A stretch of 64,000 nucleotides of DNA from Octopus vulgaris (Eukaryota). The DNA lies in assembly GCA_951406725.2 (NCBI GenBank), contig OX597817.1:107632001-107696000 (forward strand), read 5' to 3'. A program made the translations under genes and the position numbers. Each line of letters begins with the position of its first letter. The stretch's first letter is position 1. This document shows, one piece after another, positions 37,692-50,401 of this stretch. A model generated the notes under the pieces. The model was not told the DNA's origin. It made no database searches and was given only the letters and a program-made list of their open reading frames with translations.

Positions 37692-37998
37692 GCATGTGTG
37701 GTAGGAAGTTTGCTTCCCAACCACATAGTTTCCGCTTCAATCCCATTGAGTGGCACCTTGGGCAAGTATCTTGTACTATATAGGCTTGGCCAAACAAAGC
37801 CTTTTGAGTGGATTTGGTAGATGGAAGCTGAAAGAAGCTTGTCATCTTTGCCTGTCTGTCTGTCTCTCATATTTGTGTGCGTGTTTGTCCCTCACCACTG
37901 CTTGACAAATACTGTTTGTGTGTTTATGCCCCTGTAATCTAGCAGTTCAGTAGACGTGACCAATAGAATAAGTACCAGGCTTAAAAAAATAAGTACTG
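37692..37998 (+). mobile_element. SINE family A (a second copy lies at ~37325-37650)
   Basis: Homology to 47696-48080. Confidence 0.75.
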
Positions 37999-37999
37999 A

Positions 38000-38262
38000 A
38001 TGCATGCATGCATGCGTGTATGTATGTATGTATGTATGTATGTATGTATGTATGTATGTATGTATGTGTATGTCTGTGTATATATGTATGTATATATGTA
38101 TGTATATGTATATATATGTATGTATATGTATATATATGTATATGTATATATATGTATATATGTATATATATGTATATATATGTATATATGTATGTATATA
38201 TATGTATATATGTATGTATATATATGTATATATATATATATATGTATATATATGTATATATG

Positions 38263-38355
<93 letters not shown>

Positions 38356-38890
38356 ATATATATGTATATATATATATATGTATATATATATGTATGTATA
38401 TATGTATATATATATATATGTATGTATATATGTTATATATATATGTATGTATATATGTTATATATATATGTATGTATATATGTTATATATATATGTATGT
38501 ATATATGTGTATATATGTATGTATATATGTGTATATATATATGTATGTATATATGTGTATATATATATGTATGTATATATGTGTATATATATATGTATGT
38601 ATATATGTGTATATATATATGTATGTATATATGTGTGTATATATATGTGTATGTATATATGTATGTATATATATGTGTGTATATATATATGTATGTATAT
38701 ATATGTGTGTATATATATATGTATGTATATGTGTATGTATATATGTATGTGTATATACATATATGTGGATGCATGCGTTTGCGTATGTATATATGTGTGC
38801 GTGTGTTTGCGTATATATCTATGCATCATGTATGTATGCGTGCTTGTTTCTGCATGTGTGTGTGTAATATATTTATGTATGTATACACAT
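38000..38890. repeat. ~0.9-kb compound (TATG)n/(TA)n/(TG)n microsatellite
   Basis: Seen directly; it produces the 300-aa spurious ORFs. Confidence 0.95.
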
Positions 38891-38949
38891 ACGCATTACA
38901 TAGAGATATGTTTACTTAACTACATGAGAACCTACGCTGGTTACATAAC

Positions 38950-41200
38950 TGATATAAAATTAAAGGGTGAAAGGTATTTAATCGACTCTTACATAGCAAC
39001 GTTGTAGTGTTTGTATAAGAAAAGAAGAGACAGTTAACCCATTCGTATTCGCATGCTCATGCATGTATTCACTGACAATTACTTCCCCTGTTATAAACCT
39101 TGAGAGTTCCATCCCCTGCAGTGCCTGTTTAATTCGGTTGGCGGCTCATTGTGGAAAACAAGTCTTTGGACAAATCATTGAAGCGAACAGAAAACAAAAT
39201 CAAAACAACGAGGAAGGAAAGATAAACAAAATTTATCTCTCTTCCCGGCCGATAAATCAATCATTATAAAGAGAGAAGAAAAAATATATATATAATAAAA
39301 GCAGTTGTTTAAACAAGTGATGTTTAATCGATAACATATCAGTAATGTTTTCACTGAAAAATGATTGCTATTGTATTGATATGGAGGAATAGTAATCATT
39401 TTATTATTATTGTTCAAAATTTATATTCGCCCAGATTTTATTACCCACTCAACGAATTTTATCTTGGGGGAGCTACAGCTAAATGATCTGAAAGTAACAT
39501 AAAGTACAAAACGACGCAATAAACCCTAAAATTTTAGTTGTTCGGTAATTGTCACATAATTTCGTGTGAAAGCTACGTGTTGCAGTTTATACCTTCAGAA
39601 ACAATCCTTCGTAGGAGCCTTCACGTGGTTGGTCGTTTTGCTAGAAATAGCAGTAAAGTCTCCCTCAAAGATTCCCAGGTGCGATGTATAATTTAAGTAT
39701 GTTTACCTATTTCTGTTTGTTTTTAACCATATCTTTACTACTTTGAAACCCATGTTCTTTTTCGATAAATACTGTTTATATTAGTCGTTGATATGCAAAA
39801 CGGTTAGATGGTTACAACTATGATTTTAGACTGTTTGGTTATGTCTAACCTGTAACTAAATGGCATCAACATCAAACATTAAGAAAACAATAATATTCTT
39901 TCTTTAGTACCTGCGCGAATGCTGAATTCTCTTCGAAGGTTGGCTTACATATTTTTATTGGTCACAGTTTAAAATGTGTTGATGCCTCAACTTTTTAACG
40001 TTTAAAATAACCAAAAGTACTGAACAATTAATCGTCTAAGTGTCCTTAAGGAATTTAAAAAAAAAAGTGTTCCGGAGAGTTGGAGACATGTACCGGGCCT
40101 TGAGAACCTGGGGTTACTTCAGAATATTCTGGGTAGGCACTTATTTGTAATAATATTAAAGTGGTGTTTCGAAATAAGTATATCACTGTAAATCTGAGGG
40201 TGCGCTATTGAATAGTGATGGGACAGTGCCATAATCTACTTGTCTTTTTGTTATTATGTAATAAGTTTATTGTATGTATGTACGCATGTATGCATGCATG
40301 CATATATATGTGTTCATGAATGAATAAACTAAAGTGTGGTATCAAATGCGCTCTTAGAAGAAATATTTAACATTTCGGACAGGGATTTCGTCGAAGGTGT
40401 AATACTAACTATTAGTATGAGACGAGAGGGAGATAACACGATTTACTGCGCAGTCTGAAGCAGGGAAAGGAATACTAAATCGGAAATAAGGAATTAAAAG
40501 AAATTCGGAAAGGATGGTTTTGGCAGTTTGTTTATGTTGTTAGGGCGGTGTAGCGTAGTGAGGGGAATAGGACGAAATGTGATTACGACTTCGGAAAACA
40601 TCAATATTTCACAGGATTCATAAGGGCTTGTAAGTTTTATTCTATATCAAGCAAAAATAATCGATATAAATAGTTTTGAGTTTGTTTCTGAAAGAACAAC
40701 GGCAATTTCAGCTGTATTTGTAAGTGTCAAGAATTATGCTACTCGTTATATGGATAATGCGTGGCTAAAAAACATTTATAATGGAGATAAGTTGTTGATG
40801 ATTATGAGTAGTGGCAGTGTTAGTGATGATAACTTTACTGTATACAGCGCCTGTTTACTCTAAAGATAGTGAGAGGATATTGATATACTTTAACGGGCTG
40901 AATTTACAATACGATTATTAATATATTTTACGAATTGAAAAATGAAGTGACTGTAGCAAACTGAAAATATAGACTTAGGAGAAATGGGAGGGAGAATAAA
41001 ATGAAACAAAATAGAAACAAAAAACAACAATAGCAAAGAGAAATAACGAAGAGAAGACAAAAGTACTCTTCGAGTGGTGGTAAAGAGAGCAAGAGAATAA
41101 CTGAGATAAAAGAGAGAAAGGTATGTGTGAGTGAAGAGGAAGAGTACACCGAAAGAGTTATGAGCCCCGAAAGAAAATAGATTTAGGCCTTGTCGTTGTT
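38950..41200. promoter_or_regulatory. CpG-retaining, repeat-poor island; candidate promoter or alternative first exon
   Basis: About 60 CpGs by manual count versus a handful in a same-sized stretch at 43-45 kb; GTAAGT donors at 40630 and 40720. Confidence 0.5.
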
Positions 41201-41605
41201 TAGCCACATGTCAGCCCAAATCAAGTCAATCTATGATCAAATGCATTCAAGTTGTAGCTATACTGTGGCTATCTAAGAGTAAATTATCCAATGTGCTCAT
41301 AAATAGGAATTTCAGAGGAATAGTTTCTGATATCGTTGAAAAAATGCACTTTTTCCAGAGGGCACATGCGTAGTTACATGTTTTACAATGCCTGTTTATC
41401 CATAAAGAGATTATTTCCCTGTCACATTCCACCAGTGGGACTGATTCTGGAATCATGTAGTTGAAAAGTAAATTTCTTATCACATGGGTCCAAGCATGGA
41501 GGAGTATAGTTAATTTGAAAAACTCCACTACTTGTCTAGTATTTAGCATTAATTATCAACCTCAGAAAGATGAAAACTAAAGTTGATTTTGGAGAGATCT
41601 GAAGA

Positions 41606-42422
41606 TATTGTGCTGAGTAAAAAGATTTGCAATATTTCTCTAACTTACTTGCTTTATTCATCAAATTACAAAAAAAAAGTAGCCTGACATACAAAGTAGA
41701 GACCATCATGTTATACTGTCTGAAGCCACCTTTCTGTCAGTTCTTGTTCTTCAAGGTGAAGAACTCCAGTGAAGTTTACATGCTACTTTGTTGCTGAAGT
41801 GTTGTGAGCACAGGAAGTGAGCCATGGATCAGAAAAGTAATAATCCAAGGGAGCTAGGTTTGGATTATATGCTAAGTGTGGCATCAGTTCAATTCTCTCA
41901 TGTTCTTGGAGTTTATTCCAGGTTGTTTGAGCAGTATGAAGTCTTGCATTATTTTGTTCCAGAAGAGCTGGCTTTCTGTTAACTTATGTCAGGTATTTTT
42001 GCCACACAATGGCAGCCATCTAGAATGAACTTTTTGTGAATTATTCCCTTATGATTCCACCAGACATAAAGCACCACCTTGTGCTTGAAATGCCTATGTT
42101 TGGCAACAGGTTCCAAAAGCTGGATCTTGCTTAACCACTGCTTATGCATATTAGGATTGCAGAAAAATATCTCCTTTGGATTATTACTTGTTCTGACCCA
42201 TTGCTCAATTCCTGCACCCACAATGCTTCCTCAACCAAGAGAAGGCCGAAACTTCAGTGAAGTTCTCTGCCTTGAAGGACAAGTACTGGTATCAGCATGG
42301 GATCAAAGAACTAGCAGAAAGATGGGTTGAGATAGTGCAACACAAGAACACGATGTCCTCTGCTTTGAATGCTAAAGCAAAGAAGTTACCAAGATATTGC
42401 AAAATTTAGACTCAACACAATA
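41606..42422 (-). mobile_element. Mariner relic with both TIRs
   Basis: TATTGTGCTGAGT...TTTGCAATAT / ATATTGCAAAA...ACTCAACACAATA termini; ORF with IFFCNPN..KQW...KVVLYVWWNHKGIIH (mariner catalytic domain). Confidence 0.8.
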
Positions 42423-43229
42423 GAATGTAAAGGGATACATCTAAATATTGATTCTGCTGTCCACTGCTGTTGTCTATATTGTTATTAAAATATATAAACA
42501 ACCCATAGAAATAACAAAGTTTAAATTTATAGGGTATGATAAACTCTGTAATATAAATGGCAGACTCTTAGTATTCCTTGTGCCAACTATATTTATTACT
42601 CCATTAATGTTTATAATAAAGGTAGAATGCTATTAGCCACTCTCATATTGTTAAGTTAATAGAATTGATCATTTTTTGACAGTTATCTGTGATCATGATT
42701 ATCATATATTTGATAAAATTTATTGAACTGCATTAGCAATAAATATTTATCCTTTGGCAAAATGCTATGTGGTGTTTGGCTATTGCTCTTCACATTCTAA
42801 GTTCAAATCTTTCTGAAGTCAATTTTTTCTTTCTTCCTGGGTTGATGAAATAAAGTACCAGTCAGTTACTGGTGTTAATATATTCAACTTTAAAACCTTG
42901 TGTCTCTTTAAGAAAGTATTATGTAAAGATAACTTTGTTTGCCCATAGAGAGAAGGGGTCATAATAGTTGTACAATGGCATCTAGTTCTTGACTGTAAGT
43001 GTTATGATTTAGTTTTGAATACAAGTTTTCTTAACTACTATTGGACTCTTACTAAAATTTACATACCAAACATCTTAAATGTACATTATTAGAGTTCTGA
43101 TCTTGTGACTTTTATATCTTAGTTGTTCACTCAGAGCTGACTGAGGCTATTCTACAACAAACAAGAAGAAAAAAAAAAATATTTCAAGGTGTGGTGAAAT
43201 ACATTTGTTTTAGGATAAGAATGTGTCCT

Positions 43230-43570
43230 AGGCATGGCTGAGTGGTTAAGAACCTTGATTTGCACCCGCATAATTTTGGGTTCTATTTGCTGTGCAACAC
43301 CTTAGGCAAGCGTTTTCTACTATCATCCTTGGTTGAGCAATGCCTTGTGAATGAATTTGGGAGATAGAAACTGCATAGAAGTATGTACACTTGGTAACTG
43401 GTGTTGGTTTGTTTATGTCCCAGTAATGTAGCAATTTGGCAAAAGAGACTGATAGAATAAGTACTACACTTAAAAAACCTAAGTACTGGGGTTGATTTGT
43501 TTGACTTAAACCTTTCAAAGTGGTGCTCCAGCTTGGCTGAAGTCCCATGACTGAAACAAGTAAAAGGTGA
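43230..43570 (+). mobile_element. SINE family A
   Basis: Head and tail homology to 47696-48080. Confidence 0.8.
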
Positions 43571-46500
43571 AAAAGTGGTACGGAGTCATTTTGGCTCCTT
43601 GTTTATAGGCCTGTTCTCTCTCATTGGAGTTTGTATTTAAAAAACAAATGCTACTGATGTATATGATCTGTTGTTTATTTAAGTAAATGGTGTAATAAAA
43701 TGTTTGTATATACACAGGTCATGGAACACTCTTTTCTCATTACTAGACATAAATTATAGGGCAATTTAACAGGAAATTTAAGTAACTATCAAATTGCTGG
43801 GTAGTTCAGTCTCCTACATTTCTAAACTTTGGAATGATTTTTATATCTACTTTCAAAAGACAAGCAATATGATATACAACCCTTTTGGTACATAAACTAT
43901 TTGGTCTTAAATGTCAAAGAATGATTTGTAAGTAGTTAATCTCATTTTCTTAATAATGACTTACATAATAATTTCTACCTTTCAAAGTGTAATAAATTTA
44001 ACAGTAAAGTACTGTGGTTGTTGTCATTGTCATTCTAACAGTATTTTTGTATTCCCCTCATGCCATAATTTATACAAATCAGCCTGGTGTTCTTTTAGGA
44101 GGTGGCTTTAGACTTTGGGTGTGGTTGGATACAAAGTAGAAAGGGTGGGTGAGGTGGATTTGTTTGGCAGCAGAGGTTGGTCTGTGTTGGATAGCACAAA
44201 AGTTGGCTGGCAGCACTGAAGGAGGTATTGAATAGGACATTCCAATATGGTATGGGGGCCAAAACCTTGATGAGATTTGGCAAACAGCTTATGGTCCCTC
44301 AGTGTTGACAGCAAGGAACTTCATTGGCCTGGCATTCTTTTCTTAAAACTTGTCATCAGTAAAATTTGAGAATTCTGTACAAATTTCATAGCTATCCTTT
44401 AGGGTTTATCTTCAATCCAATGGCAAGACCAAGTAAAGATGATTGAGGATGGATACAGATGCAGTGAGTGACCAAAATCTCTTACTTGTCTCATCTTGCT
44501 CTCTGCATTCCACAGTGCTAGTATGCTAATTAACCTGTAACTGGGATCCTGATTAGTGCTACTACTCCAAGTCAGAATAGACTTGAGAACAATAGTGTCT
44601 AAAAGTGAGTCCACACTCCTCAAAACCTTGAAACTCCTGAATCAGAGCCACACTAGTGGATACAGTTTAGAGTCATACCAAGACAAACTAGAGAAGAACT
44701 ATTTAAAGAACTAATTTTGATTAAAGCATCTCTGGTTTTTATTATTTTCAATATCTACTCCCACTGTTTTTTTTTATACAGTAACAAGCAGCATTAGAAT
44801 TACCTTCATTTGTCTGGCCTTTTGGCAGTAGTCAGATGAATATTATTTCACCTGTTTTCCTACTGATTATAAAACATTTTGATTCTTACAAGTTATCCAA
44901 TGATATGGTTACATAAACTTGGAGCCAACAGTGATCCTTAACAAAAATTGTTTAATCAATTAAAATTATTCCTGTAATCATTGGTGTTAATGATAAAACT
45001 TGCTAAGAAGTACAAGGGAGATAAATATGAAAGCCAAACTGATTAAAAATTGAATGGTAGGGTGACATGTTGTGAGGAGTAAGCCTGATTTTTCTGTTAA
45101 GTATGGTTACAACTTCAGTCATGTTTTGATTGAACTTCTTCAGGGAAGCTTAATCTGTATCTATCAGATGTTGGAATATCAAATAGCATAGAATTTGAGG
45201 TAAAAAAAAAAAGGAAAAAAACATCATTGCATTACTCAATCAGATAATTGAAAATAATCAATGGGAAAATATCTCAGGGTACCTTCTGCTTGGAGAATAA
45301 AAAGTAAGGTGGGAGGAGGATAATGTACTTAGTGTGATGAGCCTTGTCATCCCAATTTTTAATAATGTAAAATTCCACTAGTAAGGAAATAACATTTAGC
45401 ATTAATGAAACCTTACATAAAGTAGGGCTAAGGGAGACAACTTGTTCTTATACAGATATTGATTGATTTTTGACATGGTACTAGGTTTCTCTTTGTTTGG
45501 AAAATCGATTGAAGTGTGTTCCTTGTATATTACTTATACTGCAAAGGGATGAATTATAATAATAACCATAGAAGGACTTAAGCTGACAACATGAAAACAA
45601 AGTAAAACATTTAATCTAACACCCTGTTGTTTCTCTTACCTATAGACAATAGACTATTTTATAACTAAGTATAAAAGTGTAATAATTTGATTTGAAGTCA
45701 GGAAAGTAAGACATTAAACTAGACATAACACGTTTTGAACACGACTATCAATTACTGCTTGTTCTGTAATGTTATTTCTCTTTTCATTTTGCAAGCAAAT
45801 GATAACTAACTTCATTTTCAAATAAAGGTGATATAATAACTTGTTAAAAATAAATTAAACGATTGTTCTCTGTCATACATTTTTGCATAATACAATATAG
45901 AATATTGTTTTATTTTGTTGCTCATACACAGAAATGTTTTTTTTTAAAATCTAAACCTCATTCTTAAATCTTTAACAATATGTTAGAATTAATATCATTA
46001 AATTTCACAGTTAGACGTTTTGGTAATAGTACATACAGTGAGTAATAGACTAAATGTTTCTCTTAATCTTTTGCTCAAGACCTCTATAAGTACCTGTAAT
46101 TTTTGTGAAAAGAAAGAATTGATTTGACAAGCTAGGTCTCTGGCTACGTATTTTTTTCTGATGTGGGTGATGTTTTTTTTTCTTCCTCCAGGCAAAATTA
46201 TGACAGTATGTCATTAGCTCTCATTAGATAATGAAACAGGCAAGACCATCATGGCTGGAATGCTTTTGATCGTAGGGTTGCTTGATTGAGGTTGATCTAG
46301 TGCTAAACAACACAGTTTATGTTCTAAAGTTGTATGAATGACATATTCTAATAACTTACAACCTTTCATGTAGGAGTTGAACTTTAGTCATCACATTTAA
46401 ATTGGTATATGTACGCACACAAGGACACATCTTTGTATTGTTTGTGAAATGATCTGTTTGTTAGTATGCAACAGTTAAAGAATCAAAGGTTATTAAGTAA

Positions 46501-46724
46501 TAGAAGCAAAGGTTATTAAAGGCTATTTTAGATGATTTAGTTGGATGCAGATATGGAAAGTGTGGATGAGAAGTTGTTTACACAAATGAGTTTCCATGTT
46601 CGATACCAATGTGTGGCACCTTAGGTAATTTTCTCCTTTAATCTCTGGTTAACCAATGACTTGAGAGTGAAATTTGGTTGGCATATTCCCTGTGGTAGTT
46701 CATTATCTGTGTGTGTGTGCATCT

Positions 46725-47032
46725 GTTACTTGTTTCATTCATTTGACTGCAGTTACGCTGGTTACTGCCTTAGCTGAACTGCTAAGTTATAGGGACTTAA
46801 ACAAACTAACACTGGTTGTCAAACAGTGGTGGGGAGACAAACACAGATACAAAGATACACACACACATACATGCACATTTAAAAATTTCTTTCAGGTTTT
46901 GTCTATCAGACCTACTCATAAGGCTTTGGTCAGCCCAAGGCTACAGTAGAAGACACCCGAGGTGTCACACAGTGAGACTGAACCTGGAACCATGTGGTTG
47001 GGAAGTAAACTTCTTATCACACAGCCATGCCT
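46725..47032 (-). mobile_element. SINE family A
   Basis: Reverse complement of 47696-48080. Confidence 0.8.
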
Positions 47033-47114
47033 CAACAAATTGTGTGTATGACAAGAGAAGTAAACTTTTAACTTTGGAAATAGAAGACTAAATTTATTAA
47101 ATGACACAGGTAAA

Positions 47115-47208
47115 GAACACTTACATTCAAAACTCTGAGTTCCTTGATAGTGATGTATTCAATAAATACTCACTATCAAGAAACTCAGAATTCTCAATGT
47201 AAGTGTTC
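47115..47208. repeat. 94-nt near-perfect palindrome (hairpin)
   Basis: Arms of ~44 bp with 4 mismatches and 1 bulge around a ~5-nt loop. Confidence 0.9.
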
Positions 47209-47466
47209 ATGAATGGTCCATCCCAAGCCATAGGCTCATTAGGTCAGTTTCTTGGATTCTGTGGCATATACCTCCTCACCTAGACATGATGCTAGTCCAT
47301 CACAGAGTTTCTCATTTTTACCAGCTGAGTGGACTGGAACAACATGAAATTAAGTGTTTTGCTCAAGAACACAATGCATTGCCTGGCCCAGGAATCAAAA
47401 CCACAATGTTGCAATCATGAGTTCATGCCTGTGTCCTCATATTTGTGCATGTGTGTTTGCGTGTGT

Positions 47467-47512
<46 letters not shown>

Positions 47513-47695
47513 ATTGGCTGTGTTCTATTGAATTTTATGAACATTACTAAATATTTTATTTCAACAGTGCAAAAAAATTTATTAAAATACAATAATAAAA
47601 AGCGTGAAAACCAGACCATATTGTAACTATATTCAACTGATATATTATTCTATGCACATCATCATTATCATTTACACAAATTTGGAAAAAATATA

Positions 47696-48080
47696 TGACT
47701 GGCTGTGTGGTAAGTAGCTTGCTTACCAATCACATGGTTCTGGGTTCAGTCCCACTGCGTGGTACCTTGGGCAAGTGTCTTCTATATCCTTGGACTGATC
47801 AAAGCCTTGTGAGTGGATTTGGTAGACAGAAACTGAAAGAAGCCTGTCGTATATATATGTGTGTGTGTGTATATGTTTGTGTGTTTGTATTCATCCTCCC
47901 AACATCACTTGACAACTGATGTTTACGTCCTTGTAACTTAGCAGTTTGGCAAAACTGATCGATAGAATAAGTACTTGGCTTGCAGAGAATAAGTCCTGGG
48001 GTTGATTTGCTCCACTAAAGGCAGTGCTCCAGCATGACCACAGTCAAATGACTGAAACAAATAAAGGAATAAAAGAATAT
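47696..48080 (+). mobile_element. SINE family A, best-preserved copy (tRNA head, CORE-like block, internal microsatellite, tail)
   Basis: TGGCTGTGTGG A box, GGTTCAGTCCC B box, ACCTTGGGCAAGT, tail GACTGAAACAAATAAA; other copies near 11150, 26755, 31233, 52605, 54650 and 60385. Confidence 0.85.
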
Positions 48081-49073
48081 ACACATTTCTTGCATTGAAT
48101 TTATACTTGTGGCATTGAGTTATATCTCTTTACACCAAGAACCTAGCCATTGAGTAAATAGTCCAAAAATCAAAACCAGTAAAAGAATAATATATTTATG
48201 CTTTCTAAAAACAAAGCATTATTTCCTGAGAATGAATCATCATATGGATACTGCAATGTTTCTGATCTGACTGGTTACTACGAAATGGCTTGATGTAGAA
48301 CTATTAAGGAATTTTAGAGTAAATTTAATCTATAATAATGCTTCTGTGACACTGGGAAAAGCAAGCTGCACATCCACATCCATAAAAACTTTTACTGTAA
48401 GAGTAGCTATAAATAATGCTGAAATGTCCCTGAATTTATACTTTACTGCATTCATGGGCAACCTGTGAGCTGCATTTGGCCTGCGGGTCTTTCTGCATGG
48501 TACGCCTAATGAAAAGTTGCCTTGAAATTTTTTAGTAGTGTGGTCTGCTTAATGATGAGCCATGTCTCAAACAGCCTCCTTTACTGTTTTAAATAAAGCT
48601 AATTTAGTCCTAAATATTCATAAAATGATTCTATGATCACCATTAGGATACCTGTCATCACAGCTCTGCTTGATCATAGTTGTCCTGGGGTTAAACAATA
48701 AAAAAATAACAATTGCTTTTGTCAGAGCTGTTGTTGTTATCTTCTTCCTCACCCACATCTATTTAAAATGTATCTGTTTCCCTATGCCTACATATATTAC
48801 ATTGTGTTAACTCTGAGCTATCCCATCTCTCAGCCCTTCTCATGCTCTTTCTTCTATATTTATATTAAGTTTTTGCTGGTCTAATTCTAATTTGTACACT
48901 TGCTGCTCACCATTCTATGCTACTCTTTAATTCAGTATTTATCATTTATTCATCATCCATTATCTAACTAGTGCTTTTATTTTGTTGTCTTATATTGACC
49001 AGATATTTTCATTTGCTCTTAACCTGTTTCAAATCTCTCTTGTCTAATCCTATTCATATGCATGCTTATGTAT

Positions 49074-49380
49074 AACTAGCAGTATAGCCTGGCGTTGCCC
49101 GGGACTAAGTTAGGATTATTACGCTAATGAAGCACTTTGCTTCAAACCAAACTAAGCAACTACAACGTCATATTTGAGTGAAATTGGTAAACATTTGGCT
49201 GAAAATGGGTTGCAGACAATTTGATTGGGAAATCTCAGGAAAAATAAGTTGACAAAAACACAGCCATGGTAGTGAACAATGTCCTCCTAAAATTGGAGAA
49301 ACATGCGTGTTCATTTGTGGATGTGCATAAATTACATTCACATACACACATATCCCTACCTTTTATAGATACAGATATAG
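49074..49380 (+). mobile_element. Helentron/DINE-1-like element
   Basis: AACTAGCAGTATAGCCTGGCGTTGCCCGGG start with a subterminal palindrome; ...CATACACACA...TTTTATAGATA end. Confidence 0.55.
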
Positions 49381-49720
49381 TAGAAAATATGACATTTATA
49401 TTGTATAATTCACTAACAAATTATTACCTACCTCTTTGTTTCTTTGTTGTTAGATAAATGGATTCTCAACAAAACACTTTTTACCTCAGCGTAAAATAAA
49501 AACAAAACTCTTTCGTGCCCAAAGTAATGTGTGGGTGTGTGTGTGAGAAAGATGAACAATTTAAAATAAATATATTTTAATTGTTGTGTGAGAAAGTATA
49601 TATAATCTGATTATAAAATATAGTGCCTTTCAAAAATATCCTAAATTTGAAGACTATATCTCATGTTTAAGAAAAAAATTTTTTACATTTTTATTTTTGA
49701 TGAACGCTTACTCTCTCTCC

Positions 49721-49752
<32 letters not shown>

Positions 49753-49840
49753 TACAGATATGTATCAGTTTGTATATATCTTGTCTGTCTGCCTGTCTCT
49801 GTCTCTCTCTCACACACACACACATATATATATATTATAT

Positions 49841-50108
49841 TGGTAAAAATGGTAAGATAACAAAAGAAAGAAAGAGACCTCAATATTATGTAAATAGAGG
49901 AATTTATCTGTAAATGTAATATGTGACAATTATTCGGTAGCTAAGATAAAACTCTGAGTTTCGGATACCGAGGCGGAAATCCACACCACCATCTCTTCAG
50001 TTATCCGGCCATCGGAATGAAGAGATGGTGGTGTGGATTTCCGCCTCGGTATCCGAAACTCAGAGTTTTATCTTAGCTACCGAATAATTGTCACATATTA
50101 CATTTACA
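49841..50108 (-). mobile_element. PLE-like terminal repeat with an inverted truncated copy (perfect 91-bp inverted repeat)
   Basis: 49909-49999 is the exact reverse complement of 50018-50108, with an 18-nt spacer; flanked by (TA)n. Confidence 0.85.
49945..50005 (-). ncRNA. Minimal type-I hammerhead ribozyme motif with intact core
   Basis: GATAA-CTGAAGA-[GAT...ATCC]-GAAA-CTCAGAG-TT-TTATC: 5-bp stem I, CUGANGA, GAAA and a self-complementary helix III. Confidence 0.7.
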
Positions 50109-50131
50109 TATATATATATATACATACACAC

Positions 50132-50358
50132 ATAGTGAGGTGCAAAAGTAGGTATACAGTTATGAAAAGAGAAAACCTGATAATACTCATATTTTATGAA
50201 AAAAATTAAAAGTTATAAAGATATTATTATGGTTTTGATAAATGTATTACTATGATTAATGACACTGAAAATATAAAAAATGAGGCTAACTTTTAATTTT
50301 TTAAATAAAAATGAGTATTCTCTTTTCATAACAGTATACCTAATTTTGCCCCTGTCTG
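50132..50358. mobile_element. Tc1/mariner-type MITE with long TIRs
   Basis: GCAAAAGTAGGTATACAGTTATGAAAAGAGAA / TTCTCTTTTCATAACAGTATACCTAATTTTGC plus inner inverted matches. Confidence 0.75.
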
Positions 50359-50366
50359 TCTGTCTG

Positions 50367-50400
<34 letters not shown>

Positions 50401-50401
<1 letters not shown>

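Noticed and set aside
37956-39007. Three ORFs of 300+ aa and antisense ORFs
   Set aside because: Stop-free translation of a TA/TG microsatellite (Y/I/M/C/V repeats); the same applies at 1344-1754 and 32330-32696.
44050-44650. GC-richer block with two minus-strand ORFs
   Set aside because: Looks like decayed retroelement sequence, but no diagnostic motif could be read.
46192-46205. 14-nt micro-exon after a strong polypyrimidine tract and CAG
   Set aside because: Weak donor context (CA|GTATGT) and a frame-shifting length; such matches are expected by chance in T-rich DNA.
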